A stretch of DNA of 64,000 nt from Spirogloea muscicola (Eukaryota): NCBI GenBank assembly GCA_009602725.1, contig WELB01000010.1, positions 1,073,494-1,137,493 of the forward strand, given 5' to 3'. Below the pieces are notes generated by a model. The model saw only the letters and a program-made list of their open reading frames with translations. It was not told where the DNA came from and did not search any database. Shown here piece by piece: positions 11,948-23,720 of this stretch (positions are counted from its first letter, which is position 1; each line of letters starts with the position of its first letter). A program made the translations under genes and the position numbers.

Positions 11948-13813
11948 ATGGCGGCTGCCACACAGCAAGTGGTGAAGGATGCGGGTGCCGCTTCTGACGA
12001 GAGGCCAGTGTCAGTGGCAGCGCCACCGGCACTGCCCCTGCCTCCACCAGCGGCGACCGCGCCGCGGGGCCTGCTGCAGGACCTCATCTCACGCACCCGT
12101 GCCTGCTGGTACCAGCCGGTGGAATTTTTTGTGGCGTGGCAGGGTGTTCTCACAGTCATCTATCAGGGCATCCCGCCAGCCTTTGAGGAGGTAAGTGCTT
12201 GATAAGGAGTAGGGTCTAGAGGTTAGGTTCAGGGTTTTAGGGTGTAGAGTTTAGGGATTAGGTGCAGACCTCCGGAAGGCCGGCCGGCAGTGCACTGCCC
12301 ACTACGTCAAGCGCCATTTGCCTCCCAGTAGCAGCCACTATCAGAGATGCTACAGTCCAGGGTTTGTGGAAAGGGATCTGTAAGTAGGGCTTAAGCAGTA
12401 GAGAATTGTGAGGATTACAGGTTCAGTGTCTACTTTTCATGCAGAGTCAATCAATGCAGGCCGCCATGGCAAGTGGGCAGCTCTTAAGGGTCTGTAACTG
12501 GTAATCACTGGTACGTGCAGTGCTCCTCACACGCTGCTCCTGAGCTGCCTGAAAGCTGCCGTGCAGCTCAAGCTGGCAATCGAGGGGCTGTCACCCGCTG
12601 TCGTGCGCGAGAACCCTGGCTCCAAGTGGCCCAAGACCAGCCTGGCCTGCCTGCGCGACGGAGCCCGGTTGAGCCCGTATCAGCTCGTAGCACTGCGGCA
12701 CATCTGCAGGCAAGCTCCGCCGGCTCTCAGCTGCATTGGTTGTACCCTTTCTGGGGTAAGCTAACAGTCTAGGGTGGTACTTACGAGGCAACATGTCACT
12801 GCGTGTCACCACACTCCAAGAATCAGTAGTAGCCAGCACCGAGCTTCAGGGGACCAGTGATTCCAGTCCACTCAAACTTTGGTCCACTCCAAATGAGGGC
12901 GGTCAAGCTGTTGGGGATACTCCCTCCGCACGGATGGCTCATGCAGGCCTTCAGAAGTGGAGTGCTGAGCTCAAGCTGTGATTTGAGATTTTGAGCCGTT
13001 ACTATGGAGGGTCATACAGCTTATAGCTTGACCTTGTAGCCCTTCAGTCAAGGACTATCTACGGAGTGTTGTAGATAGTCCTTGTCCTAACATCTTGTCC
13101 CAAATGTCAATCTTGCAACTTACATGTATGGATATATTCGTCATACATATGAGTTGCGTCTTAGCTGACAATGGCCATAAGTAAGCTGTGCCAGACCCAC
13201 GAGTTTGGTTGCGGCCGTCCAAATCTGTTGCAGCGAAGAAAATGCAGCTCTTGCAGCAGCCCCGCCGATCCTTGTGGACAAGCTATCGGTGGTCACCTAC
13301 GAGAGCTGCTGCCTGGACCGCACGCTGGTCGTGGCTGATGTAGCGCTGGCGCTGCCGGTGGATCCCCGCCCGCCCACGAGGGCGCAGCAGGAGGCTGTGC
13401 GTGCTGTTGCGGATGAGTTCGCCCCCGCCAACCTCGACAACTATTGGTTTCACGCAAGCAAGGATGGTGAGACAGCGCTTCTCAAGCAGCTTACGCTAGA
13501 GCGTAAGCACTAGCACAGTGAGGATTATGACATTTATGAATGACTTCATAAGTGTCAATGTGTTTGACAACTTTAGCGATTCAGTGAAGAAGGATGGTAT
13601 ATAAAGCTCACAACGGCAATTTGTCCCCTTGGCACAGGCAACCGCTCGCAGCACTACAGGGTGCCCGGGCTGGGGTCCACCATCGTGCATTTTCTCAGCC
13701 ATAGTCCTCTGGCTTTGGCGCGGTTCCGTGCGCGTGTGGACGACATGCTGCCTGGCATGTACGACTGGTTCTCTGAGGGCTCACTACACATTACTCTTCG
13801 AGCGATCACGTGA
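11948..13813 (+). CDS. Uncharacterised protein, putative permuted 2H-phosphoesterase-like fold
   Basis: Four exons (11948-12190, 12567-12709, 13234-13466, 13638-13813) join in frame: FVAWQGVLTVIYQGIP / RENPGSKWPKTSLACL / VDKLSVVTYESCCL..YWFHASKDG / NRSQHYR..STIVHFL..YDWFSEGSLHITLRAIT*. Intron 2 is GC-AG. Confidence 0.75.
12209..12262 (+). repeat. Degenerate interstitial telomere-like (TTTAGGG) tract in an intron
   Basis: TAGGG TCTAGAG GTTAGG TTCAGGG TTTTAGGG TGTAGAG TTTAGGG ATTAGG. Confidence 0.6.
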
Positions 13814-14768
13814 GCCAGCCTGGCTGCAACTTAGCGAGGCCCTGGAGGCAAAACCTTCTGATCCAGCTGTTGAGGGGTCCCACAGACAATCAGCAGTAAG
13901 CTGCTTGTCCGAGTTCCATCTGTTGAGAAGCTGCGATACTTCTGACTTGTGCATTTCTCTCTCATTGTGCGTATGTATTACTCTGGCTGCCGTTCCCCTA
14001 CTTGTGTGTGCTGCACTGACAATTAGTCTAGTAGGTGATTGAGCCTCTCGACTACACTGAGATATGGATTGGGTGCACCGCACCAAGCCATTTCTCAAAG
14101 TTGCTGCATAAGCTTAGTAAATGCATCACTTGCAGGCTGTAAAGGGAACTGGTCGTCAGATCATCAAACTCTGATCAGCTTGAGGGAGTGCGGTTTATTG
14201 ATTTAGTGGATGACATCAATAATGTGGTGACAGGGCACCACAGGGAAGAGGGTAATGAGGAAGCATAACTGTATGTGATCATCTCTTACTTCTTACCTCG
14301 CTGCACTTGCATCATTCACTATACATGACAGCGATTAGGCACATGCTGTAAGAATCTGTGACCCTAAAATATGTGACCTTTATTGAATGAATAAAGAGAA
14401 TAAAGAATGTCTCTAGTCTATGTCTCCTATTTCTAAGTACATGTACAGCGTGCGTCATGTTCGTCTCTATGAGGGGACAGCAGATCATGAGTCCAACATG
14501 TAAATCTTGCACTTCAGCAAAAGCACATACTGGTGGACAAAATTCCTTCCCCAAGCTTGGACGTCCTAAGAAAGCCGAATGCAGTAATAGCTACTGCCAA
14601 CTACTCTTGCGCCCGGAGACTCTGGGTAAGTGTGTGCAGGTATAGATTTATCTGTCCTGCACTTGAATGTCTTGGCAGGAACTTGCTCCGAGTTATAGAT
14701 GGCCCAGCTATGCTGCACGCCAGGAGTCTGTGCCATGTGCTGGAGGCTGGTGCCAAGCAAGAACTTGC

Positions 14769-17650
14769 TCAGGAGCAGTAGTTGACTTTGCAGCTGCCAC
14801 CAAGGGCAAGGCGGCCCTCGCATGCAACGTAATCGAGCCACCCATCGGGGCCTTGCTCCTGCCCGCCGCCAAGCGGGTGCTCGCCCGCCGCCGGAGCCAT
14901 GCTCTGCCGTGGCTGGCCACTCCCCTTGTACCTACAAAATCAGAGGTCGGGACACTACTATATCGGTATATTTCGGGAACATAATCAGGCAGCGCTATTG
15001 AGAATGGAAACGCTGTTAGTCAGTGGGGTTTCTGCGAGCCTTCTCCTGCACACACCTAATTTCAATTAGTAGCATTGCAGTTGGGCAAGAGCCTGCCAGC
15101 AAGTCTCACCCGCTCTTGCACTGGAGCCCCGCAACACGTTGGTCCTTGAGCAGCTCCTCTACGAGAGCGTCATCAAATGCACGCTGCAAGGCCTCATTGC
15201 GGCTGTCCTCGCCTCCTTCGCTGCCCTCGCTGTCCGTGGCAGTGGCTGACTGCCAGCTGGCACCAAACTCCGCGGCCCGACGGAGTGCCATACGCGTTCG
15301 CCAGACTGCCAGGCTCCAGCTCGACTGCCCGCTTCCTAGAAATGCGGCTGCACGTTTCGCCACCTCCTGCTCCAGCTGCGACACCAGGTGGTTGCCAGGC
15401 TGCATGCCGAGGCAGCAACAGCAGCAGCATCAAGAGGGTCAGACCAGCTGTGCCTTCGTTGCTGCAAAGAGGTCGCGACAACCGGCTGGAGACCGCAAGC
15501 TGATGGAGTGCAATGAACCTGAAAATTTTCGCGATCAATGCCAAAGAGGGTGCCAATCTGCAGAAGGTCTGGCGTGGAGCCGTCCGGGAAGCACGGCAGC
15601 GATGGGCAGCGCCAGAGTCCGGCAACGGCAAAGCCTTGTTCCCGCAGAGTCAACACCACCTGCCACGTGGCTCGCAGCTGGAAGCATCAGGGACAGCGTG
15701 CCGGTGTCTGTCAGGAGGTGGCACTAGAGAGGAGAGCGCTGCAGCTTAGGGTCGGCCAACGCAGCGCACTCGGGCGACCAAGTCGCAGCGGCCGCGGCCG
15801 GGTAGCCAGCCATCAGTGGCAATGTAGACGGCGGTGACGTTGTTGCCGGATGCTGCGTCGACAATGGCGTCCACCAGGTCCGGCACCGTCACGAGAACCC
15901 CAGCATGATGGGATCCTGTGAACAGCAAGATGGTGTGATCACAAAAACTGCTGCCAGTCAGCGGCGAGACATGCGATATGGCCATCACCCAAGTGCCGAA
16001 ACCATGAGGATGTCAGCGGCTGCATGCTTGTGACGGCCTGACGTGCCTGGTTGACAGCCCTCGTGGTCGGCGAGGTCAGTCCAAGTCACGTTTGCGGGGT
16101 GCGATGTCGGGTCGTTGGTGTTGCTGCCATCCTCGCAGCGCCCGAAGCAAAGGCCCTGCCCATCGCCCGTGCACTCCGCCTCGTTAAACCGCCAGTGCAC
16201 TGCCAGCAAGACAAGGGAGTAGGTGAGATTGTGGTACTTGGGTCACTTGACATTCAGGGTTTCACTGATATTCTGACTCGTACGTGCACACACCCTTCAT
16301 GCTCACATTGGGGTTCACATCAGCGTACTTTAGTAGGAGCCTTGAGATGCCCTTCATAAGCACAGCGCGAAGGAAGGCGTTGGAGGGAGGAGAGCATGCC
16401 ACTGGAGGCCAAGAGCCAGCCTTTGTTGAGGAGGAAGGGAAGGGAGGGAAGGAGATGCAGGCAGGCGCCGCGGCTGCGCACACACACACTACACGCTTGC
16501 CTGCAAGGAAGGCAGTGCCAGTCCCGAAGACCTGGTCGCAGAGGCGCTGCGCGGCGCGGCTGATGGGCCGCGCGGGGGCGAGGAAGGGCGCGACGGCCAG
16601 GTAGGCCCCGCGCCACCGCAGGCCCGGGAAGATGCCCAGCAGCGCCGCGCAGCGCTCCTGCCGGCCGCCCATGGCCGCCACGACGTCCGCCGGGGAGGTC
16701 CAGCGGAGGAAGGCCCAGTTGAGCCGCAGCTGGCGCAAAGGATAAGAGAGAGGAGGGAGAATTTGAACCTTGATCAGTCATTAAGAAGGAGAAACCCTAG
16801 CTGCGAGGAGGACACCGGCAGGAGGCTGCAGTTAGGCGGCCACCCAACCGACCGTGGAGCGGGCGAGGCTGGCGGGCTGCCACGGCGGCAGCGCCGGGCG
16901 CTTGGAGCGCTTGCGCATCTGCCAGACGCCGTCGGCGGTGGCGTTGCAGCGGGCGAGGCAGGCGGCGACGCTGGCGACGCGCACGAAGCGCGCGAGCCGC
17001 CGCAGGTCGTACCGCTCCCCGACCTCGTACCCATAGCGCCCGTCCCACCAGCCGCTTGCTGCACAATCCTGAGTGCTAATCACTTGCTGGTTGGCAATCA
17101 GCAGTGAAGCCTTCCCAGTCTTTCTGTCTCCAACCAAGGGAATCTTATCTGTACTCCCTGTTAGACTACATGATTCAAATTCGTAACCCATATCATGACC
17201 CATACAGATCTCGTCGGCTTCTCCGTCTCAACAAGTGGATTGCTGGTCACTATCGGACTTTGAACATATGGTCAAAAGGCGCAGCCTTTGCCTTGTCCGT
17301 ATATTCCACTCTTCACCGGGCGAGCCAAGACGAGAACTTTGGCAAACGGGGGCACACGAGAGGCGCCGCCGCCGCCTTTGGCCGCTGAAATGAGCGCAGC
17401 CTTGGTGGCGGAGGGAGGGGGCTCACGGAAGTGCTTGGCGGGGCCGGTGCGGAAGGGCGGGAGGCAGAGGGTGCGGTTGAGGAGGCGCGCGACGACGGCG
17501 GCGGACGCGAACTCCGCCGCCTGGTTGCCCGACCCCACGAACGGCGTCACAACCGGCACCAGGAACTGCTCCCTCCCCGTCGCCGCCGCCGCTGGGGCCT
17601 GCCGACGCGCGCCCCGCGAGCCGCCGGCGGGGGTCAGCGCCCTCCGCCGC
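14769..17650 (-). CDS. O-fucosyltransferase-like glycosyltransferase (PF10250/GT65-68-like), copy 1; 5' end lost in N-gap
   Basis: PFVGSGNQAAEFASAAVVARLLNRTLCLPPF; FPGLRWRGAYL; AVHWRFNE; VYIATDGW; SQLEQEVAKRAAAFLGSGQSSWS; final exon GPDGWLDYVACEGRLALGGSCKVNYCS*. Confidence 0.8.
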
Positions 17651-18574
17651 NNNNNNNNNNNNNNNNNNNNNNNNNNNNNNNNNNNNNNNNNNNNNNNNNN
17701 NNNNNNNNNNNNNNNNNNNNNNNNNNNANNNNNNNNNNNNNNNNNNNNNNNNNNNNNNNNNNNNNNNNNNNNNNNNNNNNNNNNNNNNNNNNNNNNNNNN
17801 NNNNNNNNNNNNNNNNNNNNNNNNNNNNNNNNNNNNNNNNNNNNNNNNNNNNNNNNNNNNNNNNNNNNNNNNNNNNNNNNNNNNNNNNNNNNNNNNNNNN
17901 NNNNNNNNNNNNNNNNNNNNNNNNNNNNNNNNNNNNNNNNNNNNNNNNNNNNNNNNNNNNNNNNNNNNNNNNNNNNNNNNNNNNNNNNNNNNNNNNNNNN
18001 NNNNNNNNNNNNNNNNNNNNNNNNNNNNNNNNNNNNNNNNNNNNNNNNNNNNNNNNNNNNNNNNNNNNNNNNNNNNNNNNNNNNNNNNNNNNNNNNNNNN
18101 NNNNNNNNNNNNNNNNNNNNNNNNNNNNNNNNNNNNNNNNNNNNNNNNNNNNNNNNNNNNNNNNNNNNNNNNNNNNNNNNNNNNNNNNNNNNNNNNNNNN
18201 NNNNNNNNNNNNNNNNNNNNNNNNNNNNNNNNNNNNNNNNNNNNNNNNNNNNNNNNNNNNNNNNNNNNNNNNNNNNNNNNNNNNNNNNNNNNNNNNNNNN
18301 NNNNNNNNNNNNNNNNNNNNNNNGTCAAACCCCCCCCCCCCCCACCCCGCCCCCTCCCGCCCCTCCCCCGGGAGCCGCACGATCGCGGCGCGGGAGGCAG
18401 GGGTGGTGGCCCGTGGGCCGTGATCGGGCGGCACCGCGGCGCGCGGGGCGGGCCGTGCCGCGGGGGCCGCCGCTTGCTTGGCTTCGGGGCATTCGGCGGA
18501 CGACATAAATCTCAGCGCCTTCCGCATTGATTGGGATGGGCCAAAAGAATTAGAAACGGGCAAGGTCTTGCAGA

Positions 18575-19800
18575 AAGCTTGGCTTTTTCCAGCCCCTATC
18601 CTCAATGGGCGAGCCCTTCTTTTTTCCGGCTCCTCTTTCTTTGGCTTTGAACATTGTCCTTTCTTTTTTGGGCTGGCTTTGCCAGCCCCTCTTCTCTATG
18701 GGCTCCTCACTCGTAACTACTGAGTGGTCCATCCTCCCCCGTTCTGCCATGGCCCGGCAGTCGCTGCTTAGCTCGTAGTTTGGCCCTTCGAACCTTGTCA
18801 ATTCTTTTCGGGCTGGCTTCTCACAGCCCTTGCCCCCATTGGGAGAGCCACTTCTTCTATGGGCGAGCACTTTCTTCAAGAAGTGCTCCCCCACAGAAGG
18901 TAGGGGCTGCTGGGAAAGGCCAGCCCAACGGAATGGACAAGGTCCGAAAGAGCCAGACTGCGCCTACTGAGAATTCACACAGCTAGGCACGAGACCACCG
19001 CTGATGGAAGTCGAGTAATCACGAGTGAAGCAGCAGCGAGTCGGAGCAACTCGCAGCTGGGAAAGAGGCACCCCGCCTAGACCCAGATGCAGCCGCCATG
19101 GCGCGGCCTGCTCGCAAGTGGACAGCGTGAGCCAGGGAGCGCTGGGAAGAGACTGGCAGCCGCATCTGGAAGGGCCGGATGGCGCAAAGAGCAAGGTACT
19201 GATCGCCAAGGCGTCAGCAAGTGGGCACTCTGTGACCTCTAGTCAGTAAGTGCAAGTCGGGATGGCTGGAGGGCGGAAAGATGTCGCGCTGACGGAACCC
19301 GGAGAGGAGCAGCAGGCAAGGCGGCACGGCCTGCACGCGAGTGGACAGCCAAGGCGAGGGACCTCTGCAGTGGTGGCAAGGCCGCTCAATAAGCCTTAGT
19401 CAGCAAGCCCGAATCAGAGTAGATAAATTGCGTCGCCTTGGCGGTACCCGGAGCAAGGCGCTTCCCGCAGAGGGCGATGGCTGTGAGTGGGCCAGCCCAG
19501 AAAGAGAGAATGAACAAGGTCGAATGGGCAGAAAAGCCCAGAAAATAGAAGTGGCTCTCCCAATGGGGGCAAGGGCTGTGAAAAGAAAGAAAGACAGGGC
19601 TCGCCCATTGAGGATAGGGGCTGGAAAAGCCAGCCCAAAAATGAAGGAACACAGTACGAGAAGGGGGCCAGGGGAAGCGCGAAGAAAAACAAGCACAACA
19701 AGAAACAAAGCAGCTACGTATGACTCAGTAACCCCTGCTAAGCAGCCTCAGGTCAGAGAAGCTAGGCTCCTAGAAGTGGGTCCCCTGGCCAGAGCCAGAG
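18575..19800. mobile_element. Nest of RLE retroelement 3' fragments on both strands (subfamilies A, B, C and decayed copies)
   Basis: Several GGGCTGGC..CAGCCC..GGG(C/A)GAGC terminal motifs; minus-strand LAHAVHLRAGRAMAAASG and LQRSLALAVHSRAGRA; B-type ORF end at ~19725-19800. Confidence 0.75.
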
Positions 19801-19961
19801 GCCGAGAAGAGGGGCTGGCCGGAAGAAAGGACCCGGAGGTGGATGATCGGATGGTCCAGATCAAAGTCACGCTCGGAGGCGGCAGCCCATGCACGGCCTG
19901 CGGCAGCTCGGGCCGCGCCCCCCCCGAGGCGGAGCCCCCGCAGAACCACAGGCCCGCCGCC

Positions 19962-21063
19962 ATGGACGATCTGCCGGACGTGTGCCTCTCCGCGGTGCTA
20001 GAGCGCGCTGCCGCCAGGCCGCGGGCTCCGCCGGCTTGGGCCGCCATCGTGCGAGTGAGCCGCCGGTGGCGCCGCCGCGCCCGAGCCGCCATCACGGAGG
20101 TCTCTCTGCGGGACCGGGCCAGCGGTTCGGGGTCGCCCTGGCGCCCGGGGGGGTCGGCGATGCTGGGCCCCGCGCTGGTCGCCGCCTTCCCTTCTTCGAC
20201 GCGCCCGAGTCTCGACTTCAGCTACGGCCGAGGCCACCGCCACGCCCCCGAACTCGGCCTCCTGTCGGACATCACGACGCTCACCGACTTGCGAGTCAGG
20301 CTGGCGGGGGCTCATTATATTGATGGCGAGTAGCCGCGGTGAGGCCGCGGCGCAGCCTTGTAGCCATCAGCGCGCTCAGCAACATCGTGCAAGCGCTCGC
20401 ATTGCATGACACGCGTCTTGACTTGCCCCTGGCTGAGATTGCCGGCTTCAAGGCCCTCGAGAGCCTCTCGATGACCTACTGACGAGCTGCTGGTGATTCC
20501 CTCATGCTATTATGTGTCGTCCAATACCTCGCTTGCTGCATACTCTACTGCTTCCACGCACCACCGTGTCTGAGCCCGGCAGATCTGTTTCACATGCGGT
20601 TGCAGATACCCCAGTGCTGACTTGACATCCTCTCGTCTCAAGCAGATGCAGACATACACGTCATCGCTGCTGCCTGCCGACACCTGACAGGACTCGAGCT
20701 GTGGCCCTCCAACAAGTGGCCTGCTGCTGGCATCACTGACGTCCGCTTGGAATCGATCTCCAAGCACATACCCCAGCTCCGCAAACTCCACCTCCGAGGC
20801 TGCCGCAGCATCACGGACGATGGATTCAGGCAGGTGGCCGTTGGTTGCTTGCTGCTGCACTGATGCTGGCTTGGAGATGATGGCCAGGAATCTGCCCCAG
20901 CTTCGCATTTCCTCACCCAACACTGCTACAGTGTCACCAACGGTGGCATCAGGCCTTGGGTTGGCCTTTGGTTGCCCGCTTCTACAAGACATCAGCATAT
21001 ACGTTTGCCCCAACTTCTCTGCACGATCTCTGCATGCGCTTGCTGTAGCTTGCCAGCTTCTGG
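19962..21063 (+). pseudogene. F-box/LRR (AMN1-type LRR) gene remnant
   Basis: F-box MDDLPDVCLSAVL..VSRRWR; stop at 20331-20333; LRRs ITDVRLESISKHIPQLRKLHLRGCRSITDDG and TDAGLEMMARNLPQL lie in different frames. Confidence 0.7.
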
Positions 21064-21345
21064 GCAAACGCATGCAAAGATCGTGCAGAGAAGTTGGGGC
21101 AAGTGTTATGCTGATGTCTTGCAGGAGCGGGCAATGCAGGAGCGGGCAACCCAAGGCCACCTGCCTGATGCTGTCCGTGACGCTGTGGCAGTGTTGGATG
21201 TGGAACTTGCGAGCTGGGGCAGATTCCTGGCAACCATCTCCAAGCTAACATCAGTGATACCAGGCGCCCGACCCTCGTCCAAGTGCCACAGCTCAAGCTC
21301 TGTGAGGTGCCGGCAAGCAGCAGTGACCATGTGCATGTCATGATC
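20645..21345. repeat. Long inverted repeat (foldback) made of LRR-coding sequence
   Basis: 21005-21043 and 21064-21102 are reverse complements with 2 differences in 39 nt; similarity continues outward in blocks. Confidence 0.9.
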
Positions 21346-21591
21346 TGCATTGATGGAGGTGGTACTTTCATTAGCATTTGATCGGCACCTGACTTTCTCA
21401 AACTGCATTCAAAGAAGCACAGACTGCTAGTCAGTGGCACCAGTTGCACAATTCTCTTCTCTATGGGCGCGCACTTTCTTCTGAGAGCGGTTTTGCTCCT
21501 TCTGGACCTTGTCATTTCTTTTCTGGCTGCCTGTTCACAGCCCTTGTCCCCCTTGGCGGCGGCGGCGGCGGCAGCGTCGGCGGCGGCGGCC

Positions 21592-22605
21592 ATGGCGCGC
21601 TCCGCGGAGGCACGCACGCTGCTCGGCACCCTGCTGTGGCTTCTGCACCTGCACGCCGCCGCCCTCTACCTCTTCACCGCCGGCTTCCTCCTCACGCACG
21701 TGGAGCTGCGCGACGTCAGCCTCTGCGGCAACGTCGCGGACGCCGCCGCCGCCGCTCCAGAGGGCCCTCGCGGAGGACGTGTGGGGAGAGCGAGGTGGGG
21801 GGCGTGCTGGACTGCGCCGGCCTTTAAGCTCGCCATCATCATCATCATTGACGCGATGAGGAGAGCACCTGTTGCTGAGCGTCTCCGGATGTCCCGATTG
21901 TGGCTGTCTGTGCTGAATGACCGCTGAGTGTCAGAGGGTTGACAGTAAAGGCACGAATGTCGTGCGCTTGCTGCAGAGCCGACTTCGCCGTCAACAGCAG
22001 CGACTATGGTGCTGGCAGCTCTTCTGGTGAGTATTTGGTAAGTTGTTGCTCACGATTTCCACTGTCTTTCTCCGACAGAGCTGGTCAAGAGGACAGAAAG
22101 CCAACTTGACTTCTTGCGGAGTTGATGTTCTCATGCACAAGACGGATCAAACAGGGGTTACACTGCTGGTACTATATAGCAGGTCACTGATGAACTGATG
22201 TGGTGCATGGGCAGGAAGCCCGTGGGTAGGTAGCCTTCCCATCTTCCAGCAGCTAGTGCAGCACGGGAAGAACCCCGCTGCAGTGCTCAAGTCTGTGGCA
22301 GACCCCCCAACCACGTCGCTGCAGAGGCTGAAGGTGAGTCGTACCTTCTTGCACAGTCAGTGGCTTAAGTAGGACACTAAGCTGTGCAGGTAGTACTGAC
22401 GATACTCTGTCGACACCCCAAATCAAAGGAGAATTTGTTTGCATCAAGCACCAAGCAGTAGGTACACTGCCTTCGTGACACTTCGTGACACAAGCAAAAG
22501 ACTGCTCCTGTACAGGGCCTCACAACAGGCGGTCTACCCACGTTTGTTGACGTTGGAGATAGCTTCGGGGCACCAGCTGTCACCGAGGACCAGCTCATTT
22601 CCCAA
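21592..22605 (+). pseudogene. PIGO: 5' fragment of GPI ethanolamine phosphate transferase 3 (PIG-O/GPI13-like)
   Basis: LYLFTAGFLLTHVEL..CWTAPAFKLAIIIIIDAMR / ADFAVNSS / PWVGSLPIFQQL..ADPPTTSLQRLK / GLTTGGLPTFVDVGDSFGAPAVTEDQLISQ. No further exons were found before the retroelement at ~22815. The first donor reads GA instead of GT. Confidence 0.8.
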
Positions 22606-22814
22606 GTGAGTATAAGTCATGCAGTCGCAGATATTGTCAAACGAGCAACATGTACTGTGCCGGTCATTGAGGTACAGGTCGACACTCAGAGGGAAACTTA
22701 ATGCCCAACAGTAGATGGGCTGTCCGTAATTTGGACAATTTAGCGGGCTTGTGCTCTGCGCCACCACCGCGGCCGCCTCACCGCCGGCTGCGCGTGAGCC
22801 GACGAACATATAGC

Positions 22815-23720
22815 AGAAGGGCCCGCCCATCGAGGATAGGGGCTGGAAAAAGCCAGCCCAAAAAAGAATGAACAAAGGACGAGATGGGGCCAGGGGAAGC
22901 ACTAGGAAGAACAAGCACAGAAAAGAAACGAAGCAGCTACGAAGCACTCAGTAAACCCTGCTAAGCAGCCTTAGGTCAGAGAAGCTAGGCTCCTGGAAGT
23001 GGGTCCCCTGGCCAGAGCCAGAGGCAGCAGCGAGGGCTCTGCCGGCACGCAGGTGCAGCGCGCGGGCCATAGACCTCCGCAGCGAGACGGCCAAGCGCAT
23101 GCGGTACACCTGCCCTAGCGACCCGGCTGCATGGGAGTCCACCGGCTCCCCATGGAAGCGGCGGACAATGGCGTGGCGTGAGAGCCGGTTGAGCAGCTCG
23201 TGCCACCGAGCGCCCAGCGCTCCGTGCGTATCGATGGCGAGCGGGAAGAGCTCGTCTTCTCGCGGGCGATCTGCGTATCTTAGCTCCTTGGCCCGAGCGG
23301 CGCAGGCTACCAGCATACCCAGCCTTGGTGGCACACTGGGCTGGGCGTGAGCGGTCATATTGGTCAGTGGTCACCACGTCCAGGAGAAGATGTGGCCCGC
23401 CGACTGGTGGGGTAACATATAAAAGAAGAAGTGGCTCTCCCAATGGGGGCAAGGGCTGTGAGAAGCCAGCCCGAAAAGAATTGACAAGGTTCGAAGGGGC
23501 CAAAGTACGAGCTAAGCAGCGACTGCGGGGCCTGAAGAGGCTATGGCAGAACGGGGGAGGATGGACCACTTAGTACTTACGAGTGAGGAGCCTCACATCC
23601 GACAGACTAGCTGCCGGTAAACTATCCCCTGACGAAAGCCGGAGGCCGCAGCGAGAGCACGGCCAGCACGCAGATGCAAGGCGTGGGCCATGGACCGCTG
23701 GAGGGAGACGGACAAGCGCA
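22815..23720 (-). mobile_element. RLE retroelement B copy (longest here) joined head-to-tail with an A copy
   Basis: HLLLDVVTTD..KAGYA..AKELRYADRPREDELFPLAIDTHGALG..LAVSLRRSMARALHLRAG..SFSDLRLLSRVY*; the A-type 3' end abuts at ~23426. Confidence 0.85.

Noticed and set aside
17288..18605. Long ORFs across the N-gap and a lone a inside it
   Set aside because: Artefacts of unresolved sequence; the same applies to 33911-35249.
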